Source: Gracilinanus agilis (Eukaryota). Taken from it: a stretch of 64,000 nucleotides of DNA. The translations under genes and the position numbers were made by a program. The notes below the pieces were generated by a model. The model made no database searches. It was given only the letters and a program-made list of their open reading frames with translations, and was not told the origin of the DNA. This document shows, piece after piece, positions 13,253 to 23,569 of this stretch (positions within the stretch are counted from its first letter, which is position 1; the number at the start of each line of letters is the position of its first letter). The stretch spans positions 728,828,827 to 728,892,826 of the forward strand of contig NC_058130.1 in NCBI RefSeq assembly GCF_016433145.1, in the 5' to 3' direction.

Positions 13253-13299
13253 GTGGTGAGAGGGCAGAAAGAAGCGAAGAGGCGAGCAGCCAGGCCCAG
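13253..13299 (+). CDS. JSRP1: JSRP1 coding exon 2 (47 nt)
   Basis: Acceptor ctctgtgtctcccctag, donor CAG|GTAAGG. Phase 1 to 0 links the flanking exons in frame (GGERAERSEEASSQAQ), matching the short exon at this position in eutherian JSRP1. Confidence 0.7.
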
Positions 13300-13853
13300 G
13301 TAAGGAGGCACACAAAGGGCTTGTGGGGGAGAAGAAGACAAAAGCTGCTCTACTGGTTTATTGTCAGTGTCTAAAGCTCCGGAATAGAGAGGCCCAGGCT
13401 GGGGAGTCCCTGAGGGACGACCAAGGATGTCAGCTGTAAGGCAAGCCCTCCGGCCTCCCAACCCCAGGCCCAGCCCACCTGCCCAGCCAAGGCACCTGCG
13501 GCTCAGCCAGGGAGGAGACAGGGAAAGCCCCAGAGGGGCCGGAGCGCCCCAGCCTCCCCGCGGTGGGCACAAGCATCCCTAAGGAGCACAGTCTCTTTCC
13601 TTCTTTAGGATATTTCCCTTTTGCTAGCATGAGGAGAGGTGGGGTGGGAGTGAGGCGTGGAAGCTAGTCACAGAGTCAAGAAGCCCTGGGTTCAAATCCG
13701 GCCTCTGACACGGTTTCTCAGAGTCCTGGGGCAGCTCCCTGGATTGCCACATTTGCTGGGGAGGGCTGATCCACCCCAGGGGAGGGAGTTGCCCCCCCAA
13801 TGAGGTCCCTGTCCCCCCTGAAATCACAGAACTGATTAAAAAAGAAGAAAAAG

Positions 13854-14045
13854 GGGCAGCCAGGTGGCTCAGTGGATAGAGCACCGGGCCTGCAGACTGG
13901 AGGTCCTAGGTTCAAGTCTAGCCTCAGACACTGCCTAGCCGGGGGACCCTGGGCAAGTCACTTGGCCCCCATTGCCTAGCCTTGATCACTTTTCTGCCTT
14001 AGAATTCATACTAAGAGGGAAGGTAAGGGATTAAAAAATAGAAAA
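13854..14045 (+). mobile_element. Marsupial CORE-SINE
   Basis: GGGGCAGCCAGGTGGCTCAGTGG head, GGTTCAAGTC B-box, core and tail. Confidence 0.85.
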
Positions 14046-15119
14046 AGCAATAGCATAGGCAGCTCTTGGGCAGCTTGGAGGTGTATTGGATAAAACGCTG
14101 GGGTTGGTAAGACCGGAGTTCAAATCCATCCTTAGACATGGACTCCCCACGGTGCCCTGGACAAGTCACTCTACCTCTGCCCGCCTCCATTTCCCCTGTA
14201 CAAATAGGTGTGACTAATAGCAGCTGCCTCCAGGGTTGTGGTGAGGCTCCAAAGCCTTTGGCAAGTGCCTGGCCCGAAGGTGGCCTTTGCTTCCCGCCTC
14301 CAGTCCCTGCAAAGTCAGGTCCCCTGGCTGGGCAGCCTTCCCAGGAGGACTCGGAGACCTCGGCCCGTCCTTTTCCCAGGCCTCAGTTTCCCTTTCCGTC
14401 ATTGAGGGGAGTCGCCCCCAAATGGGACAGACTCCCCGGAGGATGGGCCTCCCCTCAGGGGCGTCTGGATGGACGGCAGAGGGCGCTGGGGGCCCGTTGA
14501 GGGGCTGGATCGGGCCTCTGCCGGCTCTGAAGGCCCCGGACTTCTGTGACCCTCAAGGCCTGGCTCCAGCCCAGCGGGGCTTCCCTAAGGATGGGAGGAG
14601 GAGGAGGGACAGGCTGGGAGAGGAGTCCCGGAGAGGGTGCTAGGAAGCTCTTGGGAGCTGCCTAGAGGAGAACCCCGGGACCAAGAGGGAGGCCCCGCCT
14701 CAGGCTGGCCTTGTCCTGGGGGTGAACCAACTGGGAGAGACACCCCCAGGACTCTGCTGCTCCGGGTCCGAGGCCCTACGGAGGCAGCAAGGCCCAAGGG
14801 CAGATCCAGCCTCTGGGGTCGTGGTCAGGCCCCTTATCCCGTGTGTGCCTCGGCTTTCCTCACCTCTAACAGAGATGATAGAGAACCTCCAGCAGATGGA
14901 TCCAGGCCCAGGCGGCCTGCTGGCCCTTCTCAGCAGCCCCCGCCCTGGCCTCCCTCCAGACTCCCTTTTCCACTTTATTTTGTGTCTCCCGAGGGCGGGG
15001 CTGCCGCTTTTCTCCTTGTAAGCCCAGCAGGGGCTCCCGGCTCAGCTCGGGGGGAATGTGTAGAAGGGGAGCCCCGCTGCGGCCTCACCGGCCTTCCTCT
15101 GGCTTCTCCCCTGGCCCAG

Positions 15120-15237
15120 GGCCTGGACGAGGATGCGCAGAGCCAAGCGCCCGAGCAGGCCCCAGATGGCGTTGGGCCCTCGAAGGCGAAGGCAGAGCTG
15201 GGGGACCCCGGAAAGGAGCGCGGGAAGGCGGCCACAG
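15120..15237 (+). CDS. JSRP1: JSRP1 coding exon 3
   Basis: cccag| acceptor, ACAG|GTGAGA donor. GLDEDAQ...ELGDPGKERGKAAT, compare human GTPGTGKERLKAG. Confidence 0.85.
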
Positions 15238-15446
15238 GTGAGAGAGGACCTCGGGGGAGCAGAGGCGGGCGGCCCGGGGAGGAGGCCCGGATTGTCTCGC
15301 TGGGGTCAGGGAGCCCTGGGTCCGGGTCAGACAAGGCACACGGTGGCTCTCAGCCTTGGGGTCCTCATCTGTAAAATGGGGAGGTCTTTTCTGGTACAAT
15401 TGTCCATGGGGGGGTGTTGCCTGACTCCCGCTTCCTTGGCTCCCAG

Positions 15447-15623
15447 CTCCTAAGAGCGCCCCAGCTCGGAAGAAAAGCAAGGCCCAGGCCCAGCCCCCCG
15501 GAAAGCCACAGCCACGGACGCTGGGGAGCGACGAGCTGCCCTGGGGAGAGATCACCCTCAACAAGTGCCTGGCGCTGGCCTCCGTTGTGGCCGTCCTGAG
15601 CATGGCCTTCCAGGTGTTCCAGG
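15447..15623 (+). CDS. JSRP1: JSRP1 coding exon 4 (conserved core and transmembrane segment)
   Basis: APARKK...DELPWGEITLNKCLALASVVAVLSMAFQVFQ closely matches the JSRP1 signature ELPWGDLSLNKCLVLASLVALLGSAFQLCR. Donor CAGG|GTAAGC. Confidence 0.95.
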
Positions 15624-15635
15624 GTAAGCACCCTG

Positions 15636-15677
15636 GGCCCAGCCTCCCCGGCCCAGCCTCCCCGGCCCAGCCTCCCT
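15636..15677 (+). repeat. 3 x 14-bp tandem repeat GGCCCAGCCTCCCC
   Basis: Units at 15636, 15650 and 15664 (last has one mismatch), just inside a JSRP1 intron. Confidence 0.8.
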
Positions 15678-15987
15678 GGGCCCGTTGTCCCATGATGCCT
15701 GGAGGGGGGAGGGGGGCAGGCTCTTGGGGGTGGAGATGGTCAGCTTTAAACAGACCTTTGCTGGATTTGACTGGGAGCCCCAGGGTGAAGTGACCCTGGT
15801 GAGGTCTTGTGCCCTTAGGACACCTATCACTTCTTGGCCCCACCCCTGCCTATGCCTCGGCCTGGCTGAATGAGCGGTGATGGGGCCTGGCCTGCTGGGA
15901 GGTGCTGGGAGGCGGGGGTGTAGGAAGGCCGAGGCCTAGCCGGGGCCCAGCCCAGGACCCCACCCAAGCGTCCCTCTCTTTCCTCAG

Positions 15988-16082
15988 ATGTCATTGATGG
16001 CGAGGAGGAGGGCCCGGAGGCTGCCCCTGCACTGTGGGCCTGGCCAGGCGGCGGCGCCCCCAAGGACGGGGGTCCCAAACTG
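15988..16082 (+). CDS. JSRP1: JSRP1 coding exon 5
   Basis: ctctctttcctcag| acceptor, CTG|GTAAGG donor. DVIDGEEEGPEAAPALWAWPGGGAPKDGGPKL; phase 1 to 0. Confidence 0.88.
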
Positions 16083-16375
16083 GTAAGGGGCCGGAGGAAA
16101 GGCCGGCTCAGGGTCTCGGGCCAGCCCCCCATTTCCTAGCTGAGGGACTTCAGGGAAATCTCCTCAACCTTTGGGGGTCCATTTCCTCCTCTGTGGCCTC
16201 TGAGCCTCTGCCGGCCTTGTGGAGCCGCTGCTACCCTGCCACCCGGAGGCCCGCGCAGTGCTTCTGGGCCTCCCTCTGGTCTCCCTCCTGTTCCCCCTGG
16301 GCGGCTGCTGACCTCTCCCCCATTCCACCCTGGCCCCTGCCATTAGCTGAGCCTGGGCCTTTGTTCTTCCAATAG

Positions 16376-16894
16376 CCCAAGCCCAGGGACTGGGCCAAGG
16401 CATCAGCCCCACCTCCGGGGTCCCAGCCCCTGGCCAAGGAGAGCCCCGAGGCCGCCCGACTTGGGGAGGCCCCACCAAAAGAGCTGGAGCCAGAGGGGCA
16501 GGAAGAAGGGAAGGCGGGCCCTGCCAGGGCCCCAGAAGCGGCCACCCTGCCCGAGGACCTTGGGGTGGGCCCCAAAGCGACCAGGCCCGAGAGGCCGGAG
16601 AGGCCCGAGAAGCCGTCCTGGGCTGGAAACAAGAAGGGCTCCCGGGAGGAGAGAGCTGAGCCTCCCCGACGGGACCGCAAAGAGGGAGGCCGCCGGCCGC
16701 GGCCACCCAGAGAAGGGGCCGAGGAGGCTCCGCGCCGGCCCTGGGAGCACAAGCACCACGCAGGCAGGTGGGAGGACTCCAAGAAGCCACCCCGGGAGGG
16801 AGCCAGGAGCAAGAGAGAGGAGCAGCGGAGGCAGGAGGACAGGGCCAGGTTCTTCCCCAAACAGAAGTACCGGGAGGGCAAGCGCAGGGACTGA
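16376..16894 (+). CDS. JSRP1: JSRP1 last coding exon
   Basis: ttgttcttccaatag| acceptor. Charged R/E/K/P-rich tail ending KYREGKRRD* (human ends KLRAGKGRD*); TGA at 16892-16894. Confidence 0.9.
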   Translation, partial: PKPRDWAKASAPPPGSQPLAKESPEAARLGEAPPKELEPEGQEEGKAGPARAPEAATLPEDLGVGPKATRPERPERPEKPSWAGNKKGSREERAEPPRRDRKEGGRRPRPPREGAEEAPRRPWEHKHHAGRWEDSKKPPREGARSKREEQRRQEDRARFFPKQKYREGKRRD

Positions 16895-17252
16895 GGAGGC
16901 TCCTGAGGGAGGCCCTCTGCCAGCCCCCACCCCCAGGCCCAGGGCAGCCGGAGGCCCTGGGTTCAAATCCTGGCCCTGACAGTTACTACCTGTGTGACTC
17001 CATCAAGACTAAACTCCCTCTCTGGGTCTCAGTTTCCCCTTCTGTAAAGAGTCTGACTCCCCCTTTATGACAAGGGGGTGGAGGCTGCCCCTGGCACGTG
17101 ATTGCCCTGAAGGTCTGAGGCGTGTCTGGCCTTTCCAGGAGGGCCATGGAACCACCACCCACCTGCCACCTGGGCCGGCCTCCGCTGCGAGGGAGGCACC
17201 CCGGATTCCAGCCTCTATTCCCTCCCCCAGGCTCGAGGCCTGCCTGTCTGAG

Positions 17253-17300
17253 TTTATTAAAGTGAACGTCTGAAAAGAAACGCCATGCTTCAGATTTATT
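17253..17300. terminator. Convergent polyadenylation signals: ATTAAA (+) 17256-17261 for JSRP1; AATAAA (-) 17295-17300 and 17253-17258 for AMH
   Basis: First canonical hexamers I found downstream of each stop codon. Usage not proven. Confidence 0.6.
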
Positions 17301-18173
17301 GTTGCAGGTGAGCGCCAAGCATACACGGGGCCCTCTTGGGCTTCCCACGCCCAGGGAAGGGCCGCCCCGAGGGCCAAGGCTCAGCCAGGGCTGCCTCCCC
17401 GTACTGATGAGCATGTCGGGGGAAGGGAAGGAGGTGCGGGCCCAGCCTCGAGGACACTCCAGGGCTCTAGGGGCGCCTCTGGAAGTGGCTTTCTTTGCCT
17501 CAGCCGGCGCCGCTTCCCAGCCACTTGTGTGATGGGGTGGGAGGAAGGCCCGGGTGAGCCAGGACGGGAGGAGGGACGGGCTGGAGGCCGCCTCTCGGCC
17601 GGGGCGCTCCCTCCTCCCTCCTTCCTGGCCAGGGCTCTGCCCTGGGCTCCTCCCCTTCCCGGCCGAGGCTGCCAAGTGCCCTGCTTTATCGGATGATGCT
17701 GCCTTTGGTCAGAATAAATACGAGGCAGCATTTGGGCTCCCAGGCCCGGAGCCGAGCTGTGTGTTCCTGGCCGAGGATCCTGTTTGGGTGCTGGCCCGAC
17801 GCGCTCTGTGCCCAATCCCACCTCCCTCCCGTGACGGCCGTGCTCCGGGCTGCTCTCGTGCCCATCTTGTGCCCGTCTCGTGCCCTGCGTGGCTGCGGCC
17901 TTCGCCTGCCCTCCCCCACGGCCTCCCCTTCCCTGCAGGGCCCAGGAAGGGGAGAAGCCCTCGCCTGCCCACCCAGGGGGCTGAAGATGGGGCTCCGGTG
18001 GGGACGTAGCCGGGCGGAGGGTGTCGAGGAGTGGTCAGGCACACGGAGGCAGGGAGAGGAAGGCCTGGCCGGAGCGAGGCCGGGGCCGGGGCAGGGACGT
18101 GGAGGCATCCTAGCGGGGCTGCCAGCCTTAGCTCCCCGGGCCGCGGCGGCCGCTGGACACTGGGGACGGGAGC

Positions 18174-19047
18174 CTACCGGCAGCCGCACTCCGTAGCGAC
18201 CATGTTGGGCATGAGGCGGGCACTCAGGCCCTCTTCCGAGAGGCTGATGAGAGTCTTTCCGGCGTAGGCCGTGGGCACGCAGCAGGGCGGCCGGCCTAGC
18301 GGCTCTCCCCTCTCCTGCATCTTCAGCAGCAGCACCACGTGGTTGTTGTAGTTGGGGCTTCGGTCAGACTGCGGCCAGTGGCAGGGGCCCTGGCAGTTGT
18401 TGGCCATGTAAGTCTCGGGGATGAGGATGGACTTCTCGGCCCGCAGGTCCACGCTCAGCTCCTGCAGCCGGCACGGACTGTCCCCTCCAAGCCTGGCACT
18501 GCGGAGGGCCCGGGAAGTCTTCCTGCGCTCCCGCCACTCGGCCTTCAGGCTCTGCAGGGCCTTCAGGAGCAGCAGGGCCCGGAGCTGGCTGCCCGCGGCC
18601 AGGGCCTCCGCCTGCTCTCCGCTGCTGTTGGTAGGAGCTGGGCAGAGGGCCAGGAGCTGGCGGAGGAGCCCCGCGTGGGGTTGCAAAGCGGGCATCTTCA
18701 GCAGTTCCTTTGCCACAGACTGCAGCTTGCCTGCCAGGCGCTGGGCTGGACCCTCCTGGGCCTGCCACCGGCCCGCTAGGCCCTCCAGCAGGGCTGGGCT
18801 TCCCACCGGAAACAGGAGCAGCAGAGGATCCTCCGACTCCACCAGCTGCTCCAGGGTGGCAGGGTCCGAGAGATTGAAAACCTGATGCGGGAGGGCCTCC
18901 AGGGCCTCGGGATCCAAGGCCAGCCGCAGCGGGCCGGGGCTAGGAGGAGGGCCCAGGACTCTGCGGACCAGGAGGGTCAGGGTCTCCAGGAAGGGGTCTG
19001 TGGGCCCTGGTGGGGTGGCTTCTGTGGCTGGCGGCTGGGAGGATGGC
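18174..19047 (-). CDS. AMH: AMH exon 5 (C-terminal pro-region plus mature TGF-beta domain, 18174-18500, 108 aa)
   Basis: Acceptor cttgcccacag|[19 protein letters not shown] motifs; RALR/S cleavage site; seven-cysteine knot ending [10 protein letters not shown]. Confidence 0.98.
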
Positions 19048-19230
19048 CTGTGGGCAAGGGAAAGCCTGAGGCGGGGGAGTCTGCTCTAGCCCCCGGGAGA
19101 AGGCCTGGCCTGCAGCACTGGGACAGATGAGGCACGAAACACCCACCTCCCTTCCCTGGGGCTCTCCGTGCCCCCCCCATCCGAGGAGGAGGTGGGAAAG
19201 GGCCTGCCCGCTCCCCTGGGCCCTGCACAC

Positions 19231-19408
19231 CTGGGCAATGGGTACGGCGCCGTATCGAGCCGGCCCTCTGCAGGGAGAGGCCCGGGTTTGGGCTTCGTCC
19301 CCAAGCTGTGCCCCTGCAGCAAGAGCAGGACCGGAGTCATCCTTGTATAGCACTTGTGATCCAGACCGAAGAGCAGGGCCTGGAGTTCTGGGGTGGCCAG
19401 AGAGGGCC
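19231..19408 (-). CDS. AMH: AMH exon 4
   Basis: [24 protein letters not shown]...[12 protein letters not shown], compare human [24 protein letters not shown]...GQLDTVPFPPPR. GT-AG sites, phase 1 to 2. Confidence 0.96.
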
Positions 19409-19524
19409 CTGCAGCGGCACATGGGGATGCAGTGAGGGGTCAGGCCAGGCTAGAGACCTCTCCCGTCCAGCCTCCCAGGCCCATCTCCCCCCTGGGGGCA
19501 CCCTCACATCCTGAACCTCCATAC

Positions 19525-19624
19525 CAGCTCCACCCTGGGGCCGCAGAGCGAGGGACAGCCCGACGCCGGCCATCCTATCCACAGCCAGGACCAGGTAGCG
19601 GGTGTCCAAGGAGAGGCAGAGGCT
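19525..19624 (-). CDS. AMH: AMH exon 3
   Basis: [20 protein letters not shown], compare human [20 protein letters not shown]. Phase 0 to 1. Confidence 0.96.
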
Positions 19625-20054
19625 CTACAGAGACAGGGGACATGCAGGAGAGGGGGTGCCCGGCCTGCCCCTGACCAGCCCTTCCCACCCCCCACTCCTG
19701 GGCCTCCTAGACTCGGAGGCTCCCGCCCGTACTGCATCAGTGATCACCAGCCAGTGGTCCTCCCCCAGAGCCCGGCCCCCCCCACATCCATCCCTTTCTC
19801 TGTGACCCTGTGCCGGGGAGGGAAGATGGCCTGGGCCAGGGGCTTGGCCGAACTCCAATCCTGGGGCTGCCAAGGCCCTTCTCCTGGCCCTCTGGCCCCT
19901 TCCTTTGGCCTAAGCCTAGTCCTCTGGCCCAGGCCTCTCTCGAGTGCTTCTTCTGGAGGAGGCTTGGCTCCCCGGAGCTCCCCAGGCTGAAGTGAAAAGA
20001 AAACTCGGGTTCATGAGTGAGCATGTCAGTGGCAGCCTCCTTCCCCGGGGTTAC

Positions 20055-20227
20055 CTGCTGGGGGGGCAGTCCGGCTCCGGTGACCCAGAACTGCCGCTGC
20101 CCAGGCTGGATTCCGCCGGTCCCCAGCCCGGGATACAGCACCAGCAGGGCCAGTTCTGGGGCACCCGCTTCTCGCGGCGGCGGCGGGGGCTCCTGGAACC
20201 ACAGGCTCAGCTCCGGCTCCCAAGTCA
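20055..20227 (-). CDS. AMH: AMH exon 2
   Basis: [16 protein letters not shown]...[11 protein letters not shown]...[10 protein letters not shown]. Donor CAG|GTAACC, phase 1 to 0. Confidence 0.96.
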
Positions 20228-21205
20228 CTGCAGGACGTGGGCAGGTGTGAGGGGGTGGGTAGGGGAGGGGGGAGCCCCCCGGGGGCCTCGGGGGTGCGAT
20301 GGATTGGGACCCGGAGTTGTCTGGGGTGAGCCTGGGCAAAGGGACTGCCCTCTCCTGGGCCTCGGCTCCCTCATCTGTAAAAGGGTCCCTTTAGCTCTTG
20401 ATCCCAAACGTCGGTCTCTGCCCTCTGAAGAATCCAGATTTTAACTCGTTTCCTCTTGCCTTACACCTGGGAGCACGGTGGGAGATGAGAGCCGATTGTG
20501 GGCCAGAAGGGCCGGCCGCACGGCTTCCCTGGACAGAGGAGGCCCGGGAGGGTCACACGAGGAGCTCACGATTAGGTGCTCTTTCCTCACCAGCCCACCT
20601 TGGCCCTGGCTAGTCTCTCCTAACGGCTCCCAGCGTGTTCAGGAAGGGACTGGTTTCCCCTATCTTATAGCTGGGGAGATGGGCCAGGATTAGAGAAGGA
20701 GCTTGGTCAGCCACTGAGGGAGGCCCACCTCCCGCTTCCCAGGCCCGGGGACTGGGAAGAGAGGAGGCCGGCCTTAGGTCATCCTGGACAAAGGCAAGCC
20801 CGGCAGCTTCCTGGGCAGGCTGCCTGGTGTGCCGCCGGCTAGGCTGGGAGCCCAGCCTTGCTCCAGCCATTCCCACTGGCCCACCCCTCGTCTCCCCCCA
20901 AGGCCTGATAAATCCCTTCTAAAGCCCAGTCTTAGACCCTTGGAGATCCTCAGTGCCATCAAAGACCCTCAATAAGGGGCACCGTGAATCCTAATCTGTA
21001 GGCTCTGGGGCTGGACATCAGTGCGTCTTGTCCCTTCTCTCGCCACAAAAGACAAAATGGGCCCAGGCAGGCAGAGCCGTGCAGAACAAGGAACCCCGAG
21101 CCCGCTGCGGCCCGGAGAACCAAAGGAGATGCTGCCACCCTGGGGGACCCTCAGGGCGTGCCTCTTTCTGAGGTGCCCGCGGCCTGGGCCTCGGGGCACA
21201 CCTAC

Positions 21206-21809
21206 CTTCTTCCAGGTGCAGAACCACGAGCCGCCACCCGCCTGGCTCCACCAGCCATGCCCCCAGGCGCTGCAGAGAAAGGTGAGCGACTCCCGTGCCC
21301 CCCGGGGGGCAGATCCCAAAGGTGGCCAGGCCTCGGCGGTCCCAGCGGGCCTGTCTCAGGGCTTCCACAAAGCCCCTCTCATAAGCACTCAGAGCCCCCA
21401 CCATCTGAAGGGGGCCCATGACCCCATCTTCACCCTGACCTACTTCAACCCAGCACACTGGGTTTTTGAGGCCCCCCAGAGGCCAAGGATGGGGCTTAGG
21501 CCCGGTCCATCCGTCGGAGGTGCCATTGCTCTGGGGCAACAAGAGCCAAGGGAGGTGGACCTCACTCACGGGGCCCTTTTGGCTCGTTAAAGATGCAGCT
21601 CCGTCCTGAGGATCGGCCCTAGCTGAATCAGGAAGCCCCAACTTGGCCACCTTCTCCCTCCTCTGGCCCTGGGCCACCGGGCTCTTGGGCAGAGGTGGTG
21701 GGAGTCTGGGGTTGGCATCTGATCGCCCCCCCTTCTCGGGGGGCTCTTCTCTCAGCACAGCAAGCATCCCTGGCAGGAACAGGAGCAAAACCAGAAGGGA
21801 CCCCTTCAT
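21206..21809 (-). CDS. AMH: AMH (anti-Mullerian hormone) exon 1; full model complement(join(21206-21809,20055-20227,19525-19624,19231-19408,18174-19047)) = 1929 nt, 642 aa
   Basis: ATG at 21809, signal peptide MKGSLLVLLLFLPGMLA. Conserved PLQMVGALSAYERGFVEA...LATFGIC...RLVVLHLEE. Donor GAAG|GTAGGT. Confidence 0.95.
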
Positions 21810-21846
21810 CTTGGGCCGGCTGTGACCGAGCGTCGGCTCTCTGGGG

Positions 21847-22109
21847 CTTTTATGAGACGAAGGTGGCAGAAATGCCTTCTGCAGACTGTTTGTGAGGGAG
21901 GGAAGGACGACTATCTCTTCCCAATGGAGGCGACCTTGAGTGGACAATGCAGAGCACACCCTTTGGGACCCTGGGAGAGCGGCCGTCTGAGTGTGAGGGG
22001 AGGCCTTTTCAAAGGGCTTTCTGTTCTATTTTTGTGCTGGGTATCTTGCTTCTTAGAAGTGATATAAATTTCAGGCTGTTGACCGGATTTGTCAAAATGC
22101 TGTCCTTGA
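21847..22109 (-). promoter_or_regulatory. AMH: AMH proximal promoter: TATA-like, GATA, proximal SF-1, SOX and distal SF-1 sites
   Basis: Minus strand: CATAAAAG 21847-21854; AGATAG 21911-21916; TCAAGGTCG 21931-21939; CTTTGAAA(AGGCC) 22007-22014; TCAAGGACA 22101-22109. Same order as the known eutherian AMH promoter elements (NR5A1, GATA4, SOX9). Confidence 0.85.
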
Positions 22110-23197
22110 CTGGTTTTGTAAAAAATATGAGTGGGAATTGGAGCTGGGAGGCACTGTGAAGGCAGACCCAGGAACAAACAGGGTGGGGAGGAGGCAGCTC
22201 TACCAAGGCGGAGGGCCCGAGCTAGCAAAGGTGGGCCGGGGGGGCGGGAGGTGTTAAGCCTAGCCTCTGGGAAACTCTGCTGGGGACTCAGAAGCCAGGT
22301 AGTGTCCCCCAAGGGACACCACCTAGCTAGAAGCTTTGCTTTGTCACACTGGGCAATTAGCCTTTTTTTCAGAACAAAAAAATCCCCTCTCCTGGGGACA
22401 GCGACAGAGAAACCAAAGGGCCAAAGGGGGACCTCAAAGGTAACCTGGAAAGTCCTGGTTCTGAGGCCAAAGACCCTGAGGCAGACAGCCTAGCTGACCA
22501 AGGGAAGGCCACTCATTCTCCCCGGCCCTCGGTGTCTTCATTTGTACAGGGAAGTGACTAGACTAAATGGGCTGTGGGGGCTCCTTCCAGCTCCAGATGT
22601 ACGAAGCCGGTCAGGCACCGAGCAGTAACTCTGGATTCTCTGTGCCAGGGACAGGCTAGCAGCAGATACAGAAAGGAAGGCAAAGGCAGGGCCTCTCCTG
22701 CTCAGGAGCTCCCAAAGTAATGCGGGAGGCAAGCTCATACAAGGTAAATACAGCAGAAATGGGAGGGCGCTGGCACCGGGGGAATTGGAAGGGAACGAAC
22801 CAGGGAAAAGGCCTTCTGTAGAAGGATTTGAGGGATTTAACAAGAAGCCAGGGAGGCTGGGAACCTCTTCATCCCTTGCCCAGGGTCACGTAGGTGGCGG
22901 GGATCCAAGACGAGATCTGAACTTGGATCCTCTGCTATCCAAAGCAGTCACGGCCCCTGCCTCATCACTCAGGATTGCCTCGGGAAGCCAGAAATCCCAG
23001 CAGCCCAACTGGGCAGTTCACAAGGTGCCATCATGAATGACAAGAGGGCTAAGCAGTGATTCTAGAAAAAGTGGACACTAAGAATGGTGGTGGTAACGGT
23101 CTAGACCACAACGACAACTAAATGTTAAAATCCGTGACACAAGATACACATTTTACAATAAGAGGATGAGAATGATGGTAGTGATAATGGTGTAGGT

Positions 23198-23310
23198 CAG
23201 CGTTGGCGAACCTTTAACAAGTTCGAGTGCCCAAGCTATCTGTGAACCCCACCTTACAGGAGAGAACGGAGGGAGAAAGTGTTTGCTTTGGGCAGCTCCT
23301 CGGGTGTAGG
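23198..23310 (+). mobile_element. One end of a hAT-type MITE (partial)
   Basis: Begins CAGCGTTGGCGAACC, a hAT-like terminal inverted repeat. Partner TIR not found. Confidence 0.35.
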
Positions 23311-23569
23311 TGGTCAATACATCTAACTGCTAAAGTATAATACATAAACTATACATTTGATCATTTAAAAAATGCTACTGCTGAAAAGAATCTTAAAGGC
23401 CACCTATCTAACCTTCAACTTACAGAGGAAAATGGAGCCCATGAAGGCCCATGATATGGCAATACAGAGAAGGAACTCAGAAACCAATTCAACATCACTA
23501 AGACTTGGTTAGAACATGGCATCTCTTGCTGAAAAGAACTAGATCTCAAAGAGGGTGGGGGGAATTTTA

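Noticed and set aside
14873-15017. Possible JSRP1 exon (ctaacag|AGATGATAG... to CTT|GTAAGC) or alternative start MIENLQQMD
   Set aside because: The ATG frame stops at 15021 and is out of phase with the 15120 exon. The upstream 9680 and 13253 exons fit homology and phase better. It could still be a minor alternative exon.
18174-21809. miRNAs annotated at the human locus (miR-4321 near AMH, miR-1227 in PLEKHJ1)
   Set aside because: No hairpin or mature-sequence match could be supported by eye; folding and alignment would be needed.
14138-21959. Dozens of overlapping 60-250 aa P/G/R-rich ORFs
   Set aside because: Expected in very GC-rich DNA where stop codons are rare. Only frames matching JSRP1 and AMH exons show family motifs and splice sites.
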